NCBI GenBank assembly: GCA_028716485.1 | Contig: JAQUPS010000005.1 | Location: forward strand, 3,666 to 67,665 | DNA: 64,000 nt | Reading direction: 5' to 3' | Source: Patescibacteria group bacterium | GTDB lineage: Bacteria > Patescibacteriota > Patescibacteriia > Patescibacteriales > WJLG01 | Shown here: piece after piece, positions 53,143 through 62,308 of the stretch | Layout: every line of letters begins with the position of its first letter | Numbering within the stretch: position 1 is the stretch's first letter | Made by a program: the position numbers and the translations under genes | The notes under the pieces: model-generated | The model's input: the letters and a program-made list of their open reading frames with translations, nothing else | What the model was told of the DNA's origin: nothing | Database searches by the model: none

Positions 53143-53700
53143 ATGCCAATACAAAATTTTAAGCCACTCGTCTGCCAATGCTGCAATACCAAACTGACTT
53201 ACATCCTCCCAATCGACAAAGGATCAACTGATCTCCTAAAAGCAATCTCTATCGCAATACGAAAAAAGGGGATCAATGAAATTCATCTCCGGGACGAAAT
53301 GGAAGTCAGCCTTGATTTAAAAGGAAAAAACGCGAAAGACAGAGCGGCGATGATTCACCAAGCAAACATTAACGGCCATATCGTCAGCAACCAAACAGGA
53401 AATCTTAGCAGACCAAAGCGGCACGGATTAATCGCCCCCGTAGCCGGGGCGCAGGATGGCACCTACTGCCTGACACGCAAAGGAGCGGCATATCTCCGGG
53501 GAGATCGAATCCCAAAATACGCGATCATCGACAAAGTCAAAGGCAAGCAGGTCGGATACTTTGAAGAATCGACAGAAACCTGCACAGTCAATGATTTTCT
53601 CGATCCGGACTGCCCATACTGGGAGATGATCAACTTCGACGTCGTTGATAAAAAAATAATTCTGATCGTCGGTAACCACGTTCAAGCAAAGCTTTTATAA
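53143..53700 (+). CDS. hypothetical phage protein
   Basis: 185-aa ORF with an N-terminal CQCC pair. No family recognised. Confidence 0.45.
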   Translation: MPIQNFKPLVCQCCNTKLTYILPIDKGSTDLLKAISIAIRKKGINEIHLRDEMEVSLDLKGKNAKDRAAMIHQANINGHIVSNQTGNLSRPKRHGLIAPVAGAQDGTYCLTRKGAAYLRGDRIPKYAIIDKVKGKQVGYFEESTETCTVNDFLDPDCPYWEMINFDVVDKKIILIVGNHVQAKLL

Positions 53701-53761
53701 AAATTAAATCCAGCTCAAAAATTATTCCTCCCCATGGAAAATTCACGAGCTCCCCAAAGTT

Positions 53762-55054
53762 ATGACAATGCAACTTAGAAAGGCTGAGCGCAAGCAAGCA
53801 AAGCTTCGTATCAGCATGGCTGGGCCGTCCGGATCAGGCAAAACCTATTCCGCGCTACTCTTAGCCAGAGGCTTAACCGACAGCTGGGATAAAATCGCCC
53901 TGATCGATACAGAAAATAAGCGCGGCGACCTATACAGCCAGCTGGGCGATTACAACATCATCACCCTAGAAGCCCCATTCTCCCCGGAACGCTTCATCGA
54001 AGCGATTAAGTCCTGTGAGCTCGCCGGTATGGAAGTAATCATCATCGACAGCTCGTCGCACGAATGGGAGGGAGCGGGAGGATGCCTGGAGATCAACGAG
54101 AAACTTGCCCAGACCAAATTCAAAGGCAACACCTGGGCCGCCTGGAGCGATACCACTCCCCGGCACCAGAAATTCATCTCCGCTATAATTGCCTCCCCAT
54201 GCCACATCATCACGACGATGAGATCAAAGACCGACACGATTCAAACCGAGGACAAGAAGATCAAAAAAGTCGGCCTCAAAGAAATTCAGCGCGAAGGATT
54301 CGAATACGAGATGACCGTCAGCTTCAACATCGATCGCGAAACCCACTACGCGATGGTCGGCAAGGACAACACCCAGATCTTCAACGACGGAGAACCTTTT
54401 AAAATCGGCGTCGAGCACGGACAGAAGATTCGGACCTGGAACGAGGGAGGAAAGATAAACACTATCGAACAGAAGCGCGAGATCATGCGCCAGCTGGAAA
54501 GAATCGGATTGAACACCACCGACAAAGCGCAGATCGAAGCGGATATCACCGACCAAACCGGCCTGGCGCTCATCGAAAAGAATTATTCCGCGATCATCGA
54601 CAAATTAAAAACCATCAGACCGATTGAGGAGCAAATCGCTGCAGCTAAGCCTGCCGCTACAATCGAGCCGGACCCGGTTATTCCTCCCCAGGAAGAAGCC
54701 GGGGAGCCGGAGCCGACAGTTGAGCCGGAGAAGACCCAGGACGAACTAAAAGAAGAATTGGGGCTTAATACGCCCGCCGAGCCGACTGTCCCGGGAGATC
54801 CAGCCTTCAACGCCATTCTCACCGGCAACAAGTCAGAAAAAAAGCAGAGCAAGATGGGCGATGAAAAAAAAGCGGGAGCGGCAAAGATCTCGATCATCAG
54901 AAAATTAGCGCAGCAGAAACAGAACCTTGCTGATGATGCCGGCATTATTTCCTACATCGCTTTTATTCACAACATCGAGGTGGCAATCCTCGAAGATCTG
55001 ACGACCGGGCAGGCTGACAAGATCTGGAAAGACCTCGTCAACCAGAAAGTATAA
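53762..55054 (+). CDS. phage AAA/RecA-like ATPase (Sak4/AAA_24-like)
   Basis: Walker A MAGPSGSGKTYSAL and Walker B VIIIDSSSHEW, with a long acidic/proline-rich C-terminal extension. Confidence 0.7.
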   Translation: MTMQLRKAERKQAKLRISMAGPSGSGKTYSALLLARGLTDSWDKIALIDTENKRGDLYSQLGDYNIITLEAPFSPERFIEAIKSCELAGMEVIIIDSSSHEWEGAGGCLEINEKLAQTKFKGNTWAAWSDTTPRHQKFISAIIASPCHIITTMRSKTDTIQTEDKKIKKVGLKEIQREGFEYEMTVSFNIDRETHYAMVGKDNTQIFNDGEPFKIGVEHGQKIRTWNEGGKINTIEQKREIMRQLERIGLNTTDKAQIEADITDQTGLALIEKNYSAIIDKLKTIRPIEEQIAAAKPAATIEPDPVIPPQEEAGEPEPTVEPEKTQDELKEELGLNTPAEPTVPGDPAFNAILTGNKSEKKQSKMGDEKKAGAAKISIIRKLAQQKQNLADDAGIISYIAFIHNIEVAILEDLTTGQADKIWKDLVNQKV

Positions 55055-55097
55055 ACAGACTAAAATCGTTAAACATTAAACAAAAATAAAAAAAAAT

Positions 55098-55607
55098 ATG
55101 AATCAGCTTAGAAATTCAAAAGGCAGATTCGCAAAAAATAAAATATCTATTTGCTTTTTGATAATGATTTCGGTCATGACCATTATGGCCTGGGCCGGAA
55201 TGCAAGAATCTAAAAAATACACGCGCGCGATAGTTCAGGAACCGGAAAAAGTCGCCGTTGCGATGATCAATCACTTGCCGGCAAGCAGCAATGCGCCGGT
55301 CAAACAGATCATCGTCAATGTCGCCGGTAAGAGAAAATTCAAATACACCGATTATTTAGTCCGCTTGTCTTATTGTGAAAGTCGCTTCGACGTGACGAGG
55401 ACTAATGACAACGGAGAATTTGGAATCGACCGAGGACCTTTCCAGATCAATAATTTCTTTCACCCGGAAGTGAATGACAAGCAGGCCAGGGATGTGATAT
55501 TCGCCACCAACTGGACCATTGACATGATCAACGCGGGGAGGCAGCACGAATGGGCTTGCGACAAATTGATCAAGGGAAAGCTGAATTATATCGCGATGAA
55601 TAAATAA
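55098..55607 (+). CDS. lytic transglycosylase (SLT-domain) lysin with N-terminal signal-anchor
   Basis: TM helix ISICFLIMISVMTIMAWAG. Catalytic region LSYCESRFD...GIDRGPFQIN. Confidence 0.65.
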   Translation: MNQLRNSKGRFAKNKISICFLIMISVMTIMAWAGMQESKKYTRAIVQEPEKVAVAMINHLPASSNAPVKQIIVNVAGKRKFKYTDYLVRLSYCESRFDVTRTNDNGEFGIDRGPFQINNFFHPEVNDKQARDVIFATNWTIDMINAGRQHEWACDKLIKGKLNYIAMNK

Positions 55608-55684
55608 TTTTGGCCGGCGCTGCGGGGAGAATGAGATCGGGTAGCTGCAGCACGATCCCCGCCATCGCCGGCGAATTGAAAGAT

Positions 55685-56149
55685 ATGCAATTAAAAGATC
55701 AAGTCGTTTCCCTGGAACTGTCGAAGCGCTTTAAAAAATTAGGATTTAAGCGGGATAGTTTATTTGCTTATTACAGAAATGCTGGAATTTGGCACGACGC
55801 CATCGTTGATATGGGAATGTACAAAGACGTCGACGATGATTTTAAAGAAGCAAAATTACTTCCAGCCTATACCGTCGCTGAGTTAGCACAGATTATTCCG
55901 GACAAATTGGTTGACGGAAAATATCATTTTCACATCTACAGACTTCCCGAGTGGCTCAAAGAAAACGATTACAAAATGAAAGATGGCTGGGCGTGCGGAT
56001 ACGAAGTTTATGACTGGGATCAAATGTCTTGCCGCCATTACTGGGGAGGATGGTTTGTCTGGAAACATTCTGAAAAATTGGCAGATGCTATGGCTCTATT
56101 GCTTGAGTATCTGGCTAAAGTGAATTTAATTAACCCGGCCGAATTTTAG
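55685..56149 (+). CDS. hypothetical phage protein
   Basis: The ORF is taken from ATG 55685 (MQLKDQVVSLELSKRFKKLGF...). Confidence 0.45.
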   Translation: MQLKDQVVSLELSKRFKKLGFKRDSLFAYYRNAGIWHDAIVDMGMYKDVDDDFKEAKLLPAYTVAELAQIIPDKLVDGKYHFHIYRLPEWLKENDYKMKDGWACGYEVYDWDQMSCRHYWGGWFVWKHSEKLADAMALLLEYLAKVNLINPAEF

Positions 56150-56169
56150 AGCCGGATCATAACAAAAAT

Positions 56170-56301
56170 ATGGCTACGAAAATGACTGAGAAGAAAATCG
56201 CGAAAATTAAAGCGCTCAGAAAACAAAAATTGAGCGAGCGCGCTATCGCCAAGAAGGTCGGTTGCTCGCGCAGCGCGGTGAATTACCAGTTGAATAAGTA
56301 G
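56170..56301 (+). CDS. small HTH protein (43 aa)
   Basis: MATKMTEKKIAKIKALRKQKLSERAIAKKVGCSRSAVNYQLNK has a resolvase-type HTH pattern. Hand-translated. Confidence 0.45.
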   Translation: MATKMTEKKIAKIKALRKQKLSERAIAKKVGCSRSAVNYQLNK

Positions 56302-56509
56302 GTTATTACAATTTGAGGATTCCAAATTTGTGTCTGGCCCTTTACGGGGCCAGCAACAAGCCGAGAATCAAGGTGGTCATCAATCCGCAGCCCTCCTTCG
56401 GATAATTGATCAACCAAGCGCGCCGCGTAAGATCGGCAGCGCTGCCGCCGGGGTCGTCAGACAACAGCGTTCCTTGATCGGGCTTCTTAAAAATAATCGA
56501 TTCAAATAA

Positions 56510-56797
56510 ATGAGCGAGCAGACAGTTTACTGGAAGCGAAAATTTAACAAAGGCCGCCAGGCGATCAAAAAATTAAAGCAGGAAGGATTTGGAGAAATTT
56601 ATCAGATTGAAGAAGGATCCGGCTTTGATTTGCTCGCCATTAAGAACGACGAGATCAGACTGATCCGGATCGTCTGGGAAAATCCGGGCGATGCCTACAA
56701 CCAGGAAGAAGACGGCCCGGTCAAGAAAGAAATCTGGCATTTCCCGCACCGGGCGATGCAACCTAAAATCTTTGAACTTAACAAGGTAATTAAATAA
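56510..56797 (+). CDS. hypothetical phage protein (possible PD-(D/E)xK-like)
   Basis: 95 aa. GFDLLAIKNDEIRLIRIV is weakly reminiscent of endonuclease-fold proteins. Confidence 0.35.
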   Translation: MSEQTVYWKRKFNKGRQAIKKLKQEGFGEIYQIEEGSGFDLLAIKNDEIRLIRIVWENPGDAYNQEEDGPVKKEIWHFPHRAMQPKIFELNKVIK

Positions 56798-56815
56798 ATT
56801 TTAGTCCGGGCGATT

Positions 56816-58213
56816 TTGTCGCGCGAACTAAGCAACAAAGCTATGAAAACGCAAGAGCTTAAAAACATCGCGGTCGCTGATTGCTTCCTGTCGAAGACCA
56901 ATACGGCCGGCAGAAACAAGGGCACCGACTTTGACGAGCTGGTCGCCAGTGTCAAAGAAAAGGGCGTGCTCACTCCCATTCTGGTGCGTGCGAAAGAAGG
57001 AAAATCAAAACCGGCCTGGGAAGTTATTGCCGGCAATCGCCGCTGGGCTGCTGCCAAAGAGGCTGGCCTGAAAGAGATCCCGGCGCAGATTGTGGAAATG
57101 ACTGACGAAGAAGCGCGCGAAGCGCAGATCGTCGAGAATCTGCAGCGAGCCGATTTGCACCCGATTGATGAAGCTGAATTATTCGTGAAACTAGTCAAGA
57201 CAGCCGACGACTTTAAAGTGCTTGGCGCGAAGCTTGGAAAGAGCGAGGCATACATCCGCAACAGAATCATGCTTCTTAATTTGGCGGCTGAAGTTCAAAA
57301 GGCTTATCGGGATGGAAGTTTGAACGATGGCCACGCCTTGGAAATATCCAGGCTTACGCCGGGAGATGATCAGCATAAAGCTTTGAAGTATGTCCAGGAA
57401 AAGCAGAAGTGGGGAAAGGCGGTCAGCGTTAAGGATTTGAAAGAATTTATTGATCAAGAATTTTTTGACGAGCTGAAATTCCAGCCCTGGCTCAAGGACG
57501 AGGAAGCGATGAAAGCGGTCGGGGAGTGTATCGAATGCCCGAAGGACACTAACACTTTATTCGGCGAGGTCAAGGCAGGCGCTTGCACCACGATTAAATG
57601 CTATCGCCGCAAAATGAAGAAATACGTCGATTGGATGAAAGAGAAAACCCCGGGATTGGTTCTCGTGAGCTCCGGATACAATCCAAAGGCTGGAGTGCTG
57701 GGAGAGTTCGATTACGAGAAGGCGAAAAAATCGGATGCGAAAGTAAAATCAGCTTTAGTTGTTGATGGAAAAAATCGCGGCAAAATTATCAACGTCGTTA
57801 TCACTAAGATGCCGGTCAATCAAATGACGGCTGAAGAGAAAAAAGAACACGAAAAAGAACTGGAAAAACAGAGGATTGCCGACGAGAAGCGGGAGGCGGC
57901 CGAGAAAGAAAGAGAGGCGCGCAAAATGGAGGGCGCTTTGAAAAATATCACCTGGCCGATACAGGACAAGCACCTTAATTCCTTGGCAGAGATAGCGATC
58001 AGCCGCGCCGATAACGATGACATGACTGATATTGCGAAACGCTTAAAGCTTGAAGGCAAGTGCGATGAAGATGGGGAATTTGAAGACGTGGAAAAAGTTT
58101 TGCGCGGATACTGGGAGAAAGCGGGAGCGCAAGAAAAATTGAGGCTTATTTTTGAGCTCTTCCTCGGCACGCTGTGGGGAGATGCCAGAAATAAAGTCAT
58201 CAAGTCTTTATAA
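56816..58213 (+). CDS. ParB-like nuclease domain protein
   Basis: VIAGNRRWAAAKEAGLKEIPAQIVEMTDEEAREAQIVENLQRADLHPIDEA. Confidence 0.8.
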   Translation: MSRELSNKAMKTQELKNIAVADCFLSKTNTAGRNKGTDFDELVASVKEKGVLTPILVRAKEGKSKPAWEVIAGNRRWAAAKEAGLKEIPAQIVEMTDEEAREAQIVENLQRADLHPIDEAELFVKLVKTADDFKVLGAKLGKSEAYIRNRIMLLNLAAEVQKAYRDGSLNDGHALEISRLTPGDDQHKALKYVQEKQKWGKAVSVKDLKEFIDQEFFDELKFQPWLKDEEAMKAVGECIECPKDTNTLFGEVKAGACTTIKCYRRKMKKYVDWMKEKTPGLVLVSSGYNPKAGVLGEFDYEKAKKSDAKVKSALVVDGKNRGKIINVVITKMPVNQMTAEEKKEHEKELEKQRIADEKREAAEKEREARKMEGALKNITWPIQDKHLNSLAEIAISRADNDDMTDIAKRLKLEGKCDEDGEFEDVEKVLRGYWEKAGAQEKLRLIFELFLGTLWGDARNKVIKSL

Positions 58214-58230
58214 AATAATTTTGAACGACC

Positions 58231-58935
58231 ATGTTATCACTCAAAAATTTAATTTTCTTAGATACCGAAACTACTGGCAAGGAAAATGGCCGCCTGGTCC
58301 AGCTGGCGGTGATGAGATACGGCGCGGAAAAGCCGACAACTGAAAACTTTAAACCGGCCGAGCCGATCGGAATCGAAGCGATGGAAGTCCACGGCATCAC
58401 CAACGAAGAAGTCGCCGACCTTGGAATGTTCGAGGCAACCGAAGAAGCTAAAAAAGAGATCTTTAATTCCGTCATCGTCGCGCATAACGCAAAATTTGAT
58501 ATCGGCGTGCTCGCGCGCGAAGGCGTGACGGTCGATAAATACATCGACACGATGCGCGTCGCCCAGCACCTCATAGAGGCTCCTGCCTATCGTCTGCAGT
58601 ACTTGCGCCATTATCTGAAACTGAATGTGCCAAAGACTGCCGCGGCGCACGATGCCGGTGGCGATGTGCTGGCGCTAGTAGAGCTTTTTAAATATCTTTT
58701 CACTAGAACCACATGTAAAGGCAACGCGGGCGAGGAAATAGAAGATGCGGCGCTCAACGAAATGATCGCTTTGAGCCAGAAACCAGTCTTATTAAAAACC
58801 GTTCCGTTTGGAAAGCACAAAGACAAATCGTTCGCGGATGTTGCCCGGACCGATCGGAGTTATCTTGATTGGTTAATTAAACAACCGGACCTGAGCGAAG
58901 ATTTATCCTTCACTTTAAAACATTATTTAAAATAA
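58231..58935 (+). CDS. DEDDh 3'-5' exonuclease with DUF3820-like C-terminus
   Basis: ExoI FLDTETTG, ExoII VAHNAKFDIGVL, ExoIII AAAHDAGGDVLAL. The C-terminus reads GKHKDKSFADV..DRSYLDWL. Confidence 0.8.
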   Translation: MLSLKNLIFLDTETTGKENGRLVQLAVMRYGAEKPTTENFKPAEPIGIEAMEVHGITNEEVADLGMFEATEEAKKEIFNSVIVAHNAKFDIGVLAREGVTVDKYIDTMRVAQHLIEAPAYRLQYLRHYLKLNVPKTAAAHDAGGDVLALVELFKYLFTRTTCKGNAGEEIEDAALNEMIALSQKPVLLKTVPFGKHKDKSFADVARTDRSYLDWLIKQPDLSEDLSFTLKHYLK

Positions 58936-58950
58936 AAAACAAAAAACGCT

Positions 58951-59136
58951 ATGACGGCTCGAATCAGACCAACTGTGCCATATAACGGGATTTATCCTCA
59001 CCGGGAACACCGCTCACCCAAGGGTCGAGATAAGCAGTATCACAAGAAAAAATTTGAGGGCGGAGTGAAGCGGCAAAAAAAAGAAATCATCAAAGAGCTC
59101 GAGTGCGAAGAAGAGCTTAATAATCTTTTAAAATAA
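58951..59136 (+). CDS. small basic protein, hypothetical
   Basis: 61-aa ORF. Confidence 0.35.
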   Translation: MTARIRPTVPYNGIYPHREHRSPKGRDKQYHKKKFEGGVKRQKKEIIKELECEEELNNLLK

Positions 59137-59142
59137 AACGTC

Positions 59143-59605
59143 ATGAACGACCAAGAAAAAGTAGAGTATCTGGCGGGGCTTTTTCGGCAGCGCCAGGAAG
59201 TGGAAGACAAGATTAAGGCGGTTTTGTCCGGGGAAAAAATAAAGATTGTGGTGCCTCTTTCGCCGTCTCAGAAAGCGGCCAGAGCCCAAAAGGTTAAGGG
59301 GGGGGGGCTTAAAAGCAAAAAACGGTGAAGCGAAAATCTGCGACGAGTGCGGCAGGGAACTGAAGCCCGGCCAGTACCTCTGCCACGGATTATGCCCCGC
59401 TTGCTATCAGCGCAGTCGTAAAGGCGGCGGTAAACCCAGGAATAAGGCAACAATGGCCAAGCGGCACGCCCAGGAGCGAGGCGAGGAACGGCAGCGAGGC
59501 TTTAAATACGAATGCGTGGACTGCGGCGAAAAAATAACCAGTACGCTCGACATTGACGAGGTGAAATGCCCCAACAATGAAAATCATACGATGGTGCAGA
59601 AATAA
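59143..59605 (+). pseudogene. Zn-ribbon protein gene interrupted by frameshift at a G10 tract
   Basis: The frame-1 ORF 59143-59328 and the frame-2 ORF (to 59605; CDECGRELKPGQYLCHGLCPACYQR, YECVDCGEK...KCPNNENH) meet at GGGGGGGGGG (59298-59307). A G9 tract would fuse them. Confidence 0.6.
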
Positions 59606-59702
59606 TCAATAACCAAATTAATTTATAGCAAAGCAAGGTCAATTATTCGAGGTATACAATCGTGTCAGCCAGGCCAAAAAAGAAACAAAGGAGCTGAAAG
59701 CG

Positions 59703-59987
59703 ATGTATCGCGACGCTCTTAATAATTCCGGAAGCTATCAAAAAAAGGTGGAGGAAATTAAAAAGCTGCGCGATGAAAAGAAGCAAATTGAGTTAGGCGT
59801 CAAGGAAGAATTTGCCAGCGAGTTCGACAAGCTGGAAATTCTGAACAACGAAATCAAAAACGATCAGCAGCTTTTGTCAGACATCGTTATGAGCCAAGTA
59901 TCCAAGGGTGAAAAAATAGAGCTGGAAGATGAGTATGAGAATAAATTGGAGCCGATATTTTCGGTCAGATTTAAAAAAATTTCTTAA
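59703..59987 (+). CDS. coiled-coil hypothetical phage protein
   Basis: 94-aa K/E-rich ORF. Confidence 0.4.
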   Translation: MYRDALNNSGSYQKKVEEIKKLRDEKKQIELGVKEEFASEFDKLEILNNEIKNDQQLLSDIVMSQVSKGEKIELEDEYENKLEPIFSVRFKKIS

Positions 59988-60164
59988 TTAATTTATTTAT
60001 CTCTCATCCGATGCTCCTTGGTGTCACGAATCTCTAATGCTCTTCAATGGGCTGATCCCCATGCCGGCCCACGGATGCCATATGGCAGAGGATATTAAAG
60101 CATCCTGCATTAATCATCTTTTTTGTCATCGAGGGGCTCCGAATGAGAGATAATCAAAATTTTT

Positions 60165-60443
60165 ATGGACAAAGGTAAAAAAAAGGAGCTCACGCTTCAG
60201 GAAAAAATGACTATCGCCCTGACAAAAAATCCGATTAAACTCCCCACCAGCAAGGAGATGCTTGAGGAGATGATAGTAAGTTCTTTTAAGATCATTGAGA
60301 AAAATAAAACAGTGCTGGAATACGTCGAATCCCTGTTGGCTGAAAATCCGAAAGACAAGATGCGCTTTATCCAAAAGCAAGCAATCGCTGAAGAGATAAA
60401 AAGCGGCGAGCACCACTTGGCTTGGTTGCTCGATAGAATATAA
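60165..60443 (+). CDS. hypothetical phage protein
   Basis: 92-aa ORF. Confidence 0.4.
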   Translation: MDKGKKKELTLQEKMTIALTKNPIKLPTSKEMLEEMIVSSFKIIEKNKTVLEYVESLLAENPKDKMRFIQKQAIAEEIKSGEHHLAWLLDRI

Positions 60444-60464
60444 TTTTAAATTTTTCTGTAATTT

Positions 60465-61154
60465 ATGCGAAAAATACTATACGAATCTGGCCAAAAATTT
60501 AATCGTCTAACTTTTATAAAGGAACTTAAAGAAGTAAAGACGAAAAAAACCGCCTATCGTATGGCTTTGTGGGGTTGTGATTGCGGAAAAAAGGTAAAAC
60601 TAGTCTTGATGAATGTGGTGAGAGGATACACTAAAAGTTGTGGATGTTTTAATAGAGAATTGACAATTGCCAGAAATAAAAATTCGGCGATTCATGGAAT
60701 GACTAAAACTAGATTCTGGAAAATTTGGAGTGGAATAATTTATCGATGCGATCATGACCCCAAATATATTCCGCGTGGAGTATGTGAAAGATGGAGAATT
60801 TTTTTAAATTTTAAGTCTGACATGTACGATAGTTATATTAAACATTACGAAAAATTTGGGAAAAAAGATACTTCAATCGATCGTATAGATAATAGTCTGG
60901 GATATTCTAAAGAAAATTGTAGATGGGCGACACTCAAGGAGCAGTTAAATAATCGGGAAATCACCTTTATGATTGAATTTAGGGGAAAGCGAGAAAATTT
61001 AGAATACTGGTCTAAAAATACCGGAATAAAAAAAGAATTAATTTTTAAACGAATATGGGAACAAAAATGGCCAATAAAAAGGGCATTGGAAACGCCTTCG
61101 CTCAGACCTGCCCGACCGAATATCAAGATCAAGTTGCTCTCGTCCAATACTTAG
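60465..61154 (+). CDS. phage DNA-binding/nuclease-like protein (function unassigned)
   Basis: CDCGKK...CGC Zn-like pairs. GMTKTRFWKIWSGIIYRC...VCERW...SIDRIDNSLGYSKENCRWATLKEQLNNR is a conserved phage motif that I cannot assign securely. Confidence 0.4.
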   Translation: MRKILYESGQKFNRLTFIKELKEVKTKKTAYRMALWGCDCGKKVKLVLMNVVRGYTKSCGCFNRELTIARNKNSAIHGMTKTRFWKIWSGIIYRCDHDPKYIPRGVCERWRIFLNFKSDMYDSYIKHYEKFGKKDTSIDRIDNSLGYSKENCRWATLKEQLNNREITFMIEFRGKRENLEYWSKNTGIKKELIFKRIWEQKWPIKRALETPSLRPARPNIKIKLLSSNT

Positions 61155-61474
61155 AATTAAAAGGGCTCAAATTTTCAAAATTAGCCCAAGAAACATTCAC
61201 GAGAAGCTGGTCGACAAAGATGAAAAATAAGATGAGCGGACTACGAAAAGGAGTTCCGGACATGATGATAATCATTGAGCGTCCTGAATCAGAAAAAGCC
61301 GGTCCGCGAAATAATATCCTGCTTTTTATTGAGCTGAAAAGGAAAATCGGCGGTAAAGTGAGTCAGGAACAAGCCGATTGGATCAATGCGCTAAATAAAT
61401 GTTTTGGAGTCGTTGCTGTTGTTGCGCGTGGATTTGATCACGCCAAGGAAATTATCGATGCATATACTCAATAA
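61067..61474 (+). CDS. VRR-NUC domain nuclease
   Basis: GVPDMMIII...LLFIELKRKIGGKVSQEQADWINAL (PD-(D/E)xK core). Confidence 0.65.
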   Translation: MANKKGIGNAFAQTCPTEYQDQVALVQYLELKGLKFSKLAQETFTRSWSTKMKNKMSGLRKGVPDMMIIIERPESEKAGPRNNILLFIELKRKIGGKVSQEQADWINALNKCFGVVAVVARGFDHAKEIIDAYTQ

Positions 61475-61478
61475 ATTA

Positions 61479-61503
61479 AAAACCGGTTTTCCAGCCGGTT
61501 TTG
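61479..61503 (+). terminator. intrinsic terminator
   Basis: AACCGG-ttttccag-CCGGTT followed by TTG. Confidence 0.5.
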
Positions 61504-61574
61504 TGGGGGATGGTCCAATGGTAAGACGGAAGGTTTTGAGCCTTTTTATCTTGGTTCGAGTCCAAGTCTCCCAG
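61504..61574 (+). tRNA. tRNA-Gln(UUG), phage-borne
   Basis: Hand-folded 71 nt: acceptor TGGGGGA/TCTCCCA with U1-A72 and G73 (Gln identity features); anticodon arm GAAGG-TTTTGAG-CCTTT; T arm CTTGG-TTCGAGT-CCAAG. Confidence 0.8.
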
Positions 61575-61597
61575 CTTTAAAAATTAATTAAATTTTT

Positions 61598-61753
61598 ATG
61601 AGTGGAAAGTCAGAAAAAAAAGTCAGACAGTTAGTCAAAAGAGGTTACGGCGATATGGCGCGGCAGTTTTATGACCACCTCGACGAACGCCGGCCATTCA
61701 TCATCCCGAAATTTATCTGGCGGCCTTTCATTAAGTGGCTGATTTATCTTTAA
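61598..61753 (+). CDS. small hypothetical protein (51 aa)
   Basis: MSGKSEKKVRQLVKRGYGDMARQFYDHLDERRPFIIPKFIWRPFIKWLIYL. Hand-translated. Confidence 0.35.
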   Translation: MSGKSEKKVRQLVKRGYGDMARQFYDHLDERRPFIIPKFIWRPFIKWLIYL

Positions 61754-61757
61754 TCGT

Positions 61758-62306
61758 ATGGCGAGAACCAAAAAAGCCGACGAGGCAGCAAAGAAAAAAG
61801 AAGAGCGAACCCGAGCATTGGCCGAACTGCAAATGCCTGATGACGGCTGGGATGAAGATGATTCCGGGCACGAGAATTATATTAAGCGCGACAAGCGCGG
61901 CAGACCCACCGTAATGACAAAACAGACACTAGATAAACTACGCGTGGCGTTCAAATTTGGCTGTCCGGACGAAGAAGCCTGTATTTATGCGGGTATTGAC
62001 CCACAAACCCTTTACACTTATTGCAAAAAATATCCTGATTTCTCGAGTGAAAAGGAGGAGTTGAAGCAGTCACCGGTTTTGATTGCCCGCAGCACCGTCG
62101 TCAATGCCTTAAAAAGCAGCACTCCTGATGCTTGGGAATATCTTCGCCGCAAGCGCAAGAAGGAATTTGCCGAGGCGAAAATCGAGATCCCTACAGACGA
62201 AACGGTCACGGCCGACGACCTCGAGAAACTTGACCGCGGCGACATCCAGGTGATTGGTGGCGGCAAGAAGCCGGCACCGATCAAGATTAAGAAATTTAAA
62301 AAATAA
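61758..62306 (+). CDS. terminase small subunit-like HTH protein
   Basis: GRPTVMTKQTLDKLRVAFKFGCPDEEACIYAGIDPQTLYTYCKKYPDF. Its position is just upstream of TerL. Confidence 0.5.
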   Translation: MARTKKADEAAKKKEERTRALAELQMPDDGWDEDDSGHENYIKRDKRGRPTVMTKQTLDKLRVAFKFGCPDEEACIYAGIDPQTLYTYCKKYPDFSSEKEELKQSPVLIARSTVVNALKSSTPDAWEYLRRKRKKEFAEAKIEIPTDETVTADDLEKLDRGDIQVIGGGKKPAPIKIKKFKK

Positions 62307-62308
62307 TT

